Below are positions 51,355-62,142 of a stretch of 64,000 nt of DNA, in pieces (position 1 is the stretch's first letter; each line of letters begins with the position of its first letter). A program made the position numbers and the translations under genes. Under the pieces are notes generated by a model that had not been told where the DNA came from, did not search any database, and saw nothing but the letters and a program-made list of their open reading frames with translations. The DNA comes from Tubulanus polymorphus. Its lineage: Eukaryota; Animalia; Nemertea. The DNA lies in the NCBI RefSeq assembly GCF_964204645.1, contig NC_134032.1, positions 2,938,175-3,002,174 on the forward strand. Direction: 5' to 3'.

Positions 51355-51758
51355 TTTCGTAAATCACGTCTCGTTTATGCGAGTGTAAACAAAGCGAGTG
51401 CGCAGTTAAATCCTAGATGGCGCTAGTCCGTAATCCTATACAGATGCGTGCGCATGCGTGCGTTTGTGTGTACGTGTGTAAGCGAGTGACGTCATCCTAG
51501 ATGACGCCATGATTACATAATCCTATGCGAGAGCGTGTATAGAGAGGGAGCGGGGTAAAATCCAAGATGGCGTCTTTTAACGGCTATTGTGAAATCATGA
51601 ACGAGTTTGGGCGAAATATATTTCGCAACAACAAGTGAAACCGTAAATCGTGTTCGGGCAAGTCATTTTCTGACAATAACAACGCCATGTAAATCCATAA
51701 ACTAATCATTCTGCTCAGAGACTTTGAACCGTCAACATCATACAACATCATCGTAATA

Positions 51759-52568
51759 ATGGATTCGGCCAGCGGACAAAGTACCTTAGAAATATCTAAT
51801 ACACCAATTAAAGCAAAGTCATCGCTTCAATCTAGAAAAAGAAAACACCCCTCGCTGAAACTCGACTTTAGTAAGTTTCTACTTATTTCCCGTATTCGAA
51901 ACCGTCAAATATTAAGACATACGTATACTGATATATGATATTTTATTGTTCTTTTAGGTTCGATCGTTAATGACAACGCTGTCGCCGGTCCGTCGAAAAG
52001 TGCGAACTTGCGTAACACCTGGAACAATGACCCCGAACCCCATTATCTAGGATCTCTTGTTTACGCGAGTGCGAAAACGTGGCAGGGGGTAAAACGTGTA
52101 GATTTACGGTCGTACGAATGCTGTGAACGAAGAAAACAACTGTATCCCACTAAAAACGGTATTTCGCTCGATATCCAAGAGTGGGTGCATATAGATTTTT
52201 TTAAATCCGATATCGAACACGAAATTGCGCGCGTTAAAGAAGATATCGAATACGTGGGTGTAATGACTGTTGGTCGTACGAACTTTATCAAAATATATAG
52301 GTCTAGTCACGATCATCGTATTTACGTAGATATCCGAAAATACGATCTATTCGATGAACCTCTCGGTGTTTCCCCGACTAGATGCGGTGTAAAACTAACA
52401 TTGGAACAATGGAAAAAATTGAAAGACATTAATTTTACAGAAGATATATCCGAACTGGCTAATATGAGACCGTGCTGGTACGATTCGAGTCACTCGAATC
52501 AGAAATACAGGTGCCCGTACTGCGCAAAAGACACAAGCGGGGTTAGAAAGCACCTGAATACGGTATAA
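51759..52568 (+). CDS. Spliced tandem-PC4 (ssDNA-binding) protein, 240 aa. Exons 51759-51870 and 51958-52568
   Basis: 87 bp GTAAGT...TTTTAG intron joins an ATG exon (NLS-like RKRKHP) in frame. Two PC4 repeats (VDLRSY...PTKNGISLDIQEW; VDIRKY...PTRCGVKLTLEQW); C-terminal C..H..CxxC. Confidence 0.85.
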
Positions 52569-53266
52569 TGATAACCCAAGTATAATTAAAGTGATTTAAA
52601 ACCGCTCTGACCAAAAGAGGATTAACTAAAGTAGTGAGTTTCTATCTTTTACGAATTTTTATACGTAGCGACTCATTCGTCATCTACCGGATTGTATAAT
52701 TAAAAGCCATAACCCGTGTATATGTATAATATTTTTGGAAAAAAAAATTTATGTTTTTTAGATGAACGAGTAAATAATAAACTTGCAATGTATATAATAT
52801 TTCATATATGTTTCATTTTATTCGGATTTACTCTATAATAATCAAGCATTTTGTCGTTGGCCAGACCCCTTGATACAATATATCATCTATGAACGTAATT
52901 AAGTAATTGATAAACAAATACCATTGACCCATGGTTAGCATCTACCATCTAAAATATCTGGTCAGTACCCTCGATGATATGTGATGGAATATGCAGGATA
53001 AAAATTACGCAATTAAGTAATTGAGAAACAAATACCATCGACCCATGGTTAGCATCTGCCGATTAAGTTATTTAGATCAGAGACACAACCGCGATGGGGG
53101 GAAATTAAGTATGAGCAAACCAACTATAGTATACCCCATTTCGGGTGTGTTGGTTGTTTGTTGATTGACTGACGCGATTAAGCTGTTTGGAAAACCTAGA
53201 CTAGTAACAGATGGTTTTCTACGACGAGTTTATAGAAATATAATTTAGAAATAATACATAATAGTT

Positions 53267-53720
53267 TATTATAGAAGCTTAAAATATTTCACGATAAATT
53301 TTTCTTTTACAAAATAATCATTATCATTAGTTTTATTTGACAATAGTTTCGTAATATCGCGTACATCGTTACCGTGACATAGGTGCAATAGTACAAATAT
53401 TGCGTAATAACAGAAATACATCGGATAATTCGTTTTGATACATCTTATTATTATATTTCCAATCTATACAATTTTCATCCAAGTATATTTCTAACATTTA
53501 TCACAAGTTCCGGGTTGTTGCCCGAACGAATCAAAAATAACCGATTCCGTATTCGTTTATATATACAGTTAGCCAATGTTCACCCGGTTCGTCGTAATTG
53601 TCAGTGTTTACTATAAAACCCAGCGGGACGCTGGTTTATATCTGGTAGTCGATCGCATGGAAAAACGCCAAAGAAAGACGCTTTTAGATATTCCTCTAGT
53701 ATAACTATTAACATATCGCA
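53267..53720 (-). pseudogene. Second (inverted) copy of the adenain-like protease pseudogene
   Basis: Reverse complement of 56260-56707 with the same frameshift at gctgggttttatag. Confidence 0.85.
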
Positions 53721-55744
53721 AGCGAATTTATTAACGTTACAATCTCATGGATGAATCGAAAAAACTATTACTTTACTTTACTTTTGCTTTATTTGACAAA
53801 CTCTTGGTCTTAATACAAAGACAATTCGAGTGATACAGTATACATAAAAATAAATACATTATATATAGGACGCACAGTAGATAGATACATAATTACACAT
53901 TGATTTTAATGTGAGCTATCAATTGAAAAGTTTCAAAATTCTTCCAACAAAAATACACAGTTTACGGAGTTCGGCTACATCTTTAGTTTGCATTAATAAT
54001 TTTTATCTGAAAATGTTGGGGGTTCGTATAAAATCTCCTGTCTAGGTATAACTCCCTTCTATCATTTAGATATATACAGTTGAAAAGGTAATGAAATTCG
54101 TCCCCAATTCCATTATCACACAATTTACATATTCTTTCAGCACGCTCTACATTATTCCATCGGCCAGTTTCTATTGGGAGCTTATGGTTTGCAGGACGGA
54201 ATTTAGTTAAATTAATTATGAGGTTATCTGAAAGATCAGAGACTAGATGGTTACGGGGCTTGACTCAATGCCACGCGCTTGGACATGTTCTAATGTTATG
54301 TATTGTATACAAAGTGTTGACAAGCTCAATTTATACAGCATTGTAGCCCTCCGGCATTTTCAAAGTTTTAGATGATTTATCAGTAGAAATACTCTTATAT
54401 TGCGCATCCTAGTGCGTTAGTGTTTAAGTGATTTTAGTGTTTTAGTGTCGAATATGTAAAACCGCAGTTTATTGGATTTCGAGTTGTAAGCATTTCCCGA
54501 TAACTTACATTAATTATAATGCAGAATTCTTTATTTCCAGTTAACGAGGTTTAACAATTTTTCAGTTTAAAAAAAATATGGTTTGGACTTTTTTAATAGG
54601 AAAATACTAACAGGTTTGATGAAAAAATAGAAAATGGGATTTCCGGTTTTATCATTTTTCAGTATATGGCGTTTTAGTAGGATGATGATTTTAAATTTTC
54701 AATAAACGCGGTATAACAATTTTTAGGTTTTTGAAAATATGGTTCCAAAGTCTTGTATACACAAGAGATTTTAAACAACGAAACTACACACACATGTAAC
54801 TAAATCACTTTAGTCTTTCCAAATATAGAGAAATAACAGACAAAAATATGTATATGTATATACCTTATCTTTTTTTCGCATCGCTTTTTCTTTGTTACAA
54901 AATTCCCAATTTTTAAAAACTTTTCTTAAATATTTATGTTTTTTAAACATATTTTCTCAAATTCCCCATACTTTTACATCGCAATATTATATCGAGATTT
55001 TCTACATTTCATGCATTTTACAGCTAGACCTTGGTAAATTTATAAAGATTTGGTACGTTAAATAACGCAGCAGGTAAACATTTCAATTGTATTACTTCGT
55101 TATGCGTAAATGTTTCGCGTCATCTTCGTACAATATATGACTGCTATCGGCAGAAATATGGTAAATTAGGAATTAACATATCTTAAGTTAGCTTCACTTT
55201 TTAGCAACGGACTTTTGCGCGTTGCCAATTTTACAAAAACTGAAAATTCAAACGATTGAATTTATGTGTTAATACCAGTTTATTTTACGTCTTAATCAGT
55301 TGGATAGCAGGCATAGAGTGTTATGATAATTAGTTACAGTATACACAGAATAGAATCGAATATTATACTACTTGATTACTCATACTTCATCAGATCGTAA
55401 CTGAGATTGTCCTACAATGACTTTTCTTTAACTATATACTCGTTAACTGGAAATAAAGAATTCTGCATTATAATTAATGTAAGTTATCGGGAAATGCTTA
55501 CAACTCGAAATCTAATAAACTGCGGTTTTACATATTCGACACTAAAACACTAAAATCACTTAAACACTAACGCACTAGGATGCGCATTATAAGAGTATTT
55601 CTACTGATAAATCATCTTAAACTTTGAAAATGCCGGAGGGCTACAATGCTGTATAAATTGAGCTTGTCAACACTTTGTATACAATACATAACATTAGAAC
55701 ATGTCCAAGCGCGTGGCATTGAGTCAAGCCCCGTAACCATCTAG

Positions 55745-56210
55745 TCTCCGATCTTTCAGATAACCTCATAATTAATTTAACTAAATTCCGTCCTGCAAAC
55801 CATAAGCTCCCAATAGAAACTGGCCGATGGAATAATGTAGAGCGTGCTGAAAGAATATGTAAATTGTGTAATAATGGAATTGGGGACGAATTTCATTACC
55901 TTTTCAACTGTATATATTTAAATGATAGAAGGGAGTTATATCTAGACAAGAGATTTTATACGAACCCCCAACATTTTCAGATAAAAATTATTATTGCAAA
56001 CTAAAGATGTAGCCGAACTCCGTAAACTGTGTATTTTTGTTGGAAGAATTTTGAAACTTTTCAATTGATAGCTCACATTAAAATCAATGTGTAATTATGT
56101 ATCTATCTACTGTGCGTCCTATATATAATGTATTTATTTTTATGTATACTGTATCACTCGAATTGTCTTTGTATTAAGACCAAGAGTTTGTCAAAAGTAA
56201 AGTAAAGTAA
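55745..56210 (+). mobile_element. LINE 3' end (RTE-X-like CCHC tail) with (AAAGT)n tail; inverted copy at ~53770-54245
   Basis: LTKFRPANHKLPIETGRWNNVERAERICKLCNNGIGDEFHYLFNC. Confidence 0.8.
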
Positions 56211-56259
56211 TAGTTTTTTCGATTCATCCATGAGATTGTAACGTTAATAAATTCGCTTG

Positions 56260-56707
56260 CGATATGTTAATAGTTATACTAGAGGAATATCTAAAAGCGT
56301 CTTTCTTTGGCGTTTTTCCATGCGATTGACTACCAGATATAAACCAGCGTCCCGCTGGGTTTTATAGTAAACACTGACAATTACGACGAACCGGGTGAAC
56401 ATTGGCTAACTGTATATATAAACGAATACGGAATCGGTTATTTTTGATTCGTTCGGGCAACAACCCGGAACTTGTGATAAATGTTAGAAAATATACTTGG
56501 ATGAAAATTGTATAGATTGGAAATATAATAATAAGATGTATCAAAACGTATTATCCGATGTATTTCTGTTATTACGCAATATTTGTACTATTGCACCTAT
56601 GTCACGGTAACGATGTACGCGATATTACGAAACTATTGTCAAACAAAACTACTGATAATGATTATTTTGTGAAAAAATGCATCGTGAAATATTTTAAGCT
56701 TCTATAA
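56260..56707 (+). pseudogene. Polinton adenain-like cysteine protease pseudogene
   Basis: FFGVFPCD.LP...P.GF/IVNTDNYDEPGEHWLTVYI...YF/DSFGQQP...YNNKMYQNVLSDV; frameshifted. Confidence 0.85.
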
Positions 56708-56935
56708 TAAAACTAAAATGTATATGGATTTAGTCGTTTTTTAAATTCTACAAAATCACTGAGGAAAAAAGTTTTGTTAAAACTTGGAGAAAAAACTGAA
56801 GCAAAAAGCGCGGCAAGGCAAATTAACACTGGCTCTTTCTTGAAAATTGAAGTGGTCCTGAAAAGGACCTTTTGAGGAAGGGGTCAGTGTCCGAGTTCGT
56901 CGTCGTCGTATTCTTCGGCAGTGTTGTCATCAACA

Positions 56936-57277
56936 TCATCGACGTTGCTGCTGCTGTTGTTGCCGTCTCTGGTGACGGCGGCGCCGGTTTCGTCGCATTC
57001 TCTGTTCTTCTTTGCGTATATGCTCTGCAAACATGCGTGCCCAACGCACAAAATTTCTGCAGAACGGACACAAAAATACATCATTAGCGTCTTCACCCCC
57101 CAGTTCAAGGTTTCATCGTATTATGGCGGAGACGCAGCTTCCACACGTCAAGTTTCTGTATTGACACTGGCTACATAGTAGCCAGCACCGCTGCCCGGAC
57201 GTGAAGCATATGCCGCACTCGAGCACTGCATCGGCATCATCCGGAATCTCAAACCAACGTGCTCCAATCACAGACAT
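56936..57277 (-). pseudogene. RING-finger protein with Arg/Gln-rich tail; internal TGA at 57115-57113
   Basis: MSVIGARW...ECGICF...CSQC...CGSC...IR*NLEL...CPFCR...RRNRRRRHQRRQQQQQQRR*. Confidence 0.7.
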
Positions 57278-58094
57278 GTTGGAAATGATTTGTCCTAAAA
57301 CTACCCCCTTATTTATGGGTCTAAGTCAGACGACTAATTAGTTGATTAATTCTTATAGTCTTACAGTTTACTCAAAGTATTTGAGGATTCTATCACATAT
57401 AATTAACGGTGTTTTTGATACTCTGGTCTATTATCACCCAGCATATAAGACCATCTGTTCGGTTTTATCTAAACAACCTAATTACCTCAGCGCTATGAGC
57501 ACTAAAAATGTTCGACGAATTATTGCTAGTGTAATTGGTTTGAAACCTATTTTCCCATCGCGGACGTGTCTCCGATCTAAATTACTTAATTGCCTTCGTC
57601 TTCCACATATGATTAACGGTGTTTGGATACTATCGACCCATCTGCTACTGGTAATTGGTTTTGCTCACACCTATTTTCCCCAATCGTGGTCATGTATTGA
57701 TCTAAATCAATTAATTGCCTTCTTTGTCGGATATATCGTATCATGGGTCTGGATAGCAACGAAATGCTAGATTAACGTACTGTTAAATCAGAATAAGTCA
57801 AAAATGAAATCTTTTATTCAATTAATGTTTTATTTAGTCCTAAAAAACATAAATAGTTTTATAAATATTGTAGATAAAACCATAAATTTCATAAAAGATA
57901 GAAATGCACTACTTTAGTTAATCCTCTTTGGTTAGAGCGGATCTTAATGAAGTCCTGGATTAGTCATTTCGGATACTTATTTCTATCTGAGAGTTTAACG
58001 CAAACTAACGTATATAAATTGATGTATTTTTTTTACATATTTGTTCGGTTATGATATAAATATTATCTAATTAATATCTTTTAAACTACTTTAA

Positions 58095-58922
58095 TTATAC
58101 TTGGGTGATCATTACACCGTATTCAGGTGTTTTTCGTACTCCAGAAGTGTCTTTTGCGCAGTACGGACACCTGTATTCCTGATTCGAGTGACTCGAATCA
58201 TACCAACAGGGCGTCATATTGGCTAGTTCGGGTATATCGTCATTAAAATTAATGTCTTTCAATTTTTTCCATTGTTCCAATGTTAGTTTTACACCGCATC
58301 TAGTCGGGGAAACACCGAGAGGTTCATCGAATAGATCGTATTTTCGGATATCTACGTAAATACGATGATCGTGACTAGACCTATATATTTTGATAAAGTT
58401 CGTACGACCAACAGTCATTACACCCACGTATTCGATATCTTCTTTAACGCGCGCAATTTCGTGTTCGATATCGGATTTACAAAAATCTATATGCACCCAC
58501 TCTTGGAGATCGAGCGAAATACCGTTTTTAGTAGGATACAGTTGTTTTCTTCGTTCACAGCACTCGTACGACCGTAAATCTACACGTTTTACCCCCCGCC
58601 ACGTTTTCGCACTCGCGTAAACAAGAGATCCTAGATAATGGGGTTCGGGGTCATTGTTCCAGGTGTTACGCAAGTTCGCACTTTTCGACGGGCCGGGGAC
58701 AGCGTTGTCATTAACGATCGAACCTAAAAGAACAATAAAATATCATATATCAGTATACGTATGTCTTAATATTTGACGGTTTCGAATACGGGAAATAAAT
58801 AGAAACTTACTAAAGTCGAGTTTCAGCGAGGGGTGTTTTCTTTTTCTAGATTGAAGCGATGACTTTGCTTTAATTGGTGTATTAGATATTTCTAAAATAC
58901 TTTGTCCGCTGGCCGAATCCAT
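58095..58922 (-). CDS. Spliced tandem-PC4 protein, right arm copy. Exons 58922-58811 and 58723-58095
   Basis: Same intron as the left copy; C-terminus differs by a 1 nt indel (…RKTPEYGVMITQV*). Confidence 0.85.
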
Positions 58923-59320
58923 TATTACGATGATGATGTTGACGGTTCAAAGTCTCTGAGCAGAATGACTAAATTATGGATTTGCAACGCGTTTTTATTG
59001 TCAGAAAATGACTTGCCCGAACTCGTTTTACGGTTTTACATGTTGTTACGAAATATGTTCGCCTAAACTTGTCTATGATTTCACAATAGCCGTCAAAAGA
59101 AGCCATCTTGGATTTTACCCCGCTCCCCTCTATATACACGCTCTCGCATAGGATTATGTAATCATGGCGTCATCTAGGATGACGTCACTCGCTTACACAC
59201 GTACACACAAACGCACGCATGCGCACGAATCTGTATAGGATTACGGACTAGCGCCATCTAGGATTTAAACTACGCACTCGCTTTGTTTACACTCGCATAA
59301 ACGAGACGTGATTTACGAAA

Positions 59321-59884
59321 ATTTCTGACGATTTTTTTACCGTGGAAAACATTTTCCTAAAAAAATCAACTACCACGGAACATGAAATAAATCATGTCGA
59401 CTTTGAAGATATCGACTGGTCTACCGGATTTGCGATTTGCAAAAATTGTAATACGACAATTACATACGGTAGTTTTCGAGTAACGACGTGTTGCAGGAAA
59501 CCGATTTGTGAAGATTGCTGGCTAGTGAACGCTCGATGGTTAGGCGTTCAACATGATTTCGAATGTCCTATCGAGAATTGCATGGCACATTTTAGGATTA
59601 TCAAACATATCGCGAAAAAAGACTGTTATCGTTGTCACGCGCAAGAGGATTTGCTTCATTGTTGTGATAAAACTATATGCTGGCCCTGTTTAAGCGAACT
59701 TAAAACGTATGAAGGGTATGAAGAAAACTTTTGTTATAACTGCATAACTTTATTTTGTGGCATCAACACGTGTTTAGTGTGTTTGGAAATAACTAAACAA
59801 AAGACAGACTGCTGCGACGCTTATATTCACGTCTCGTGCGCCAAGGAATTCGGATTTAAACCGTGTTTAAACTGTAAATTTTAA
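59321..59884 (+). pseudogene. Triple RING-like protein, right arm copy with lost start codon (ATG>ATT)
   Basis: aaaATTtctgac versus aaaATGtctggc in the left arm; one Cys>Tyr change. Confidence 0.7.
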
Positions 59885-60189
59885 CGGTGAATAAAATGTT
59901 TTTCTATTGTTTTACATTAATTTGTTTTACATTTGTTTTTTGAATTTTTGGTTTACTTCGTTTCACCCGTACTCGGGATTCCTTGGAAAAGCGCCATCTA
60001 GGATTTACTCCTCCCCCTCCTCACACACTCACACACGCTTAGAATCTCGTAATAGTGGCGCCATCTATGATTTATTCATACCAATAAATAAAATTGGATT
60101 GAACGCCGCTAATAAATAAAATTGGATTTAACATCATCAATAAATTGATTTGGATTGGTTGTCAATAATTTGATTTGGATTTAACGGAA

Positions 60190-60390
60190 AAATTTTGAAT
60201 TTTCCCGCCAAAAATTTGAAATTTAACCGCCACTTTCGGTCGCCATCTTGGATTACGTCACTTCCGGTCACCATCTTGGATTACGTCACTTCCGGTCACC
60301 ATCTTGGATTATGTCACTTCCGGTCGCCATCTTGGATTACGTCACTTCCGGTCGCCATCTTGGATTACGTCACTCCCGGTATGACGTCAT
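60190..60390 (-). promoter_or_regulatory. Right terminal motif array: 5 x 28 bp unit plus E2F/CHR-like site
   Basis: Five units at 60240-60379; tttgaattttcccgccaaaa at ~60194. Confidence 0.65.
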
Positions 60391-61301
60391 CCCCCCTCCC
60401 CCTCCTCCCCTCACTCCACTGTGGTACCATAGTGACAACATGTAACTACTTCTCTGAGACGAACGTAATTCTGCACCGTAATTCTAGAAGCCCTCCGCGA
60501 CTCAACGACCTTGATTTAAACTTGATCAATTCAAATTCTGTTTATTGACGCTTTTGGTTACATGAACTGATCAGCAATATACTTAAATGAAATAACCGGA
60601 ATAACAAGAAATCAAAAATATTAAAGAGGTAACAAACAAATGCCCGTAAACCTGTCAGACACGCGAACGCCGGACTCGTAAACTATTGGACTCGGACTAA
60701 ATTCATAAAATTGACTTTGAAATTGATTGTGGAGAAGAGAGGGAATAATTCGATAGCTCTTCCTCATAAAGAAGAGAGAAATTTCGGAAAGAAAACACAA
60801 CATGGCTACTAATTGAACGGAGCCAAATTTCCGATGTTTACGGCTCGACAGTGCCTTTATAACGTGGATCACGAAGGTACAGAGCCGCAACTTTCAGCGA
60901 CCTTGACACCAAACACGTGAACTTTCTGTGCGCGAATGTTGTTATGACGTCATAATACTCTAAATAAACAACACCGCGCGGTCTCGCGATACGCGCGTGG
61001 AAGGATCTAAAATCTATTCTGCGATGTATTTAAAATAATATTTATAAAAGAATTCATTTAAAGACTATAATTAACATATAAAACATAAAATTAATTGAAA
61101 GCAACATCGCTGGAAGATTAGTTTTAAAAATTTGATCGGTGTCAATCATCAATTACCGCTAGTCAAAATGGCGGCCGTCATGATAAACAAGACGGAGAAT
61201 TTTCTTTAACTGACTGGATCTGGTATAAAATGTAGTATTTCACATCACAAATGGCCCAAGTCCGTTTAAAAGAATAACTGTACCGCACTCAAGGCACCAA
61301 G

Positions 61302-62142
61302 CAGGGGCGGATCCAGGGGGATGGGTAGACAGTATTGGAAGGAAATTGAAGGGCACCTTTCTGATCTTAGGGCACACCCAGTATCCAGGTCAATGCGAGC
61401 GCCGAAGGCGCGAAGTCCTTGGAGGGGGGTCCGGGGCCCACCCCCAGAAAATTTTGAAAATATGGTACCATTTAAAGGCTTTTAGAGGGCTTCTAGAGGC
61501 TAGCAGAGCAATCCAGAATAAACGAATTCGAGACAAGATTTCAACATATGCGGATAAAAAATGAAGCTGGCGAACCCATGAAAGAATGGTTGTCGCCAAC
61601 TTCGCCTAGTGCCCCTATAATCTTTAAAAGTGCCCCTTAACAATTACACAGAATACGGCTAAGTGCCCCTTCATTGTTAACAATCGGCAAAAATTGCCTC
61701 GTCTTCACATTTATCCTCATGTCGTGTGCCATCTTCCAAACCAAAAGTGCCCCTAAAATTTTAAAAATTAGGCAAAAAATGCACTTTTCTTCAACATTTT
61801 CCGCGTATAGTGCCCTCTTCTAAAGTACGAGTGCCCCTTTAGCCCTCCCTGAAAAGGCAAGGGCAACGTGCCCTTATCTAAAGCATGAGTGCCCCTTGCA
61901 AAAGGAAAGTGCCCTATTTAATTTATCATGATTAAAGGCTTTACAAATATGATTATCTCTCTTCACTTTCTCGGCAGCAGTATTTACCGATTAATTTTAT
62001 AATTATGCCCGGATTACGGACAAGGAATTAGCGGTTGCTGAAATAATGCCGTCAAAAATATTGCCGGTGAAATTTCGAAGGGCACTTAACAATTCTAGAC
62101 CGTATTGGGCAATACGGCTAATACGGTCTGGATCCGCCCCTG
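61302..62142. mobile_element. MITE with 15 bp TIRs and an apparent 5 bp TSD (CCAAG)
   Basis: ccaag|caggggcggatccag ... ctggatccgcccctg|ccaag; internal gtgccc repeats. Confidence 0.8.

Larger units (their letters stand above)
53254..56723. repeat. Inner inverted repeat: arms ~53254-54548 and 55439-56723 with an ~890 bp spacer
   Basis: Arms are near-identical reverse complements by direct comparison. Confidence 0.92.
50293..60450. mobile_element. ~10.2 kb palindromic, non-autonomous Polinton/Maverick derivative
   Basis: Arms 50293-~53100 and ~57330-60450 are inverted copies. Right end ...tgtaactact (AGTAGT on the - strand). Flanks tctctc / tctctg. Contains an adenain-protease remnant; no polymerase, integrase or capsid seen. 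Confidence 0.88.

Noticed and set aside
54549-55438. Gene in the central spacer of the palindrome
   Set aside because: Only short coding-like stretches on the - strand with many stops; no recognisable motif.
57342-57770. 142 aa ORF
   Set aside because: TTG start, lies in degenerate subterminal repeats, and has no counterpart ORF in the other arm.
60195-60548. ORFs over the 28 bp array, or a CRISPR-like reading of it
   Set aside because: Head-to-tail repeats without spacers; the ORFs are repeat artefacts with TTG starts.
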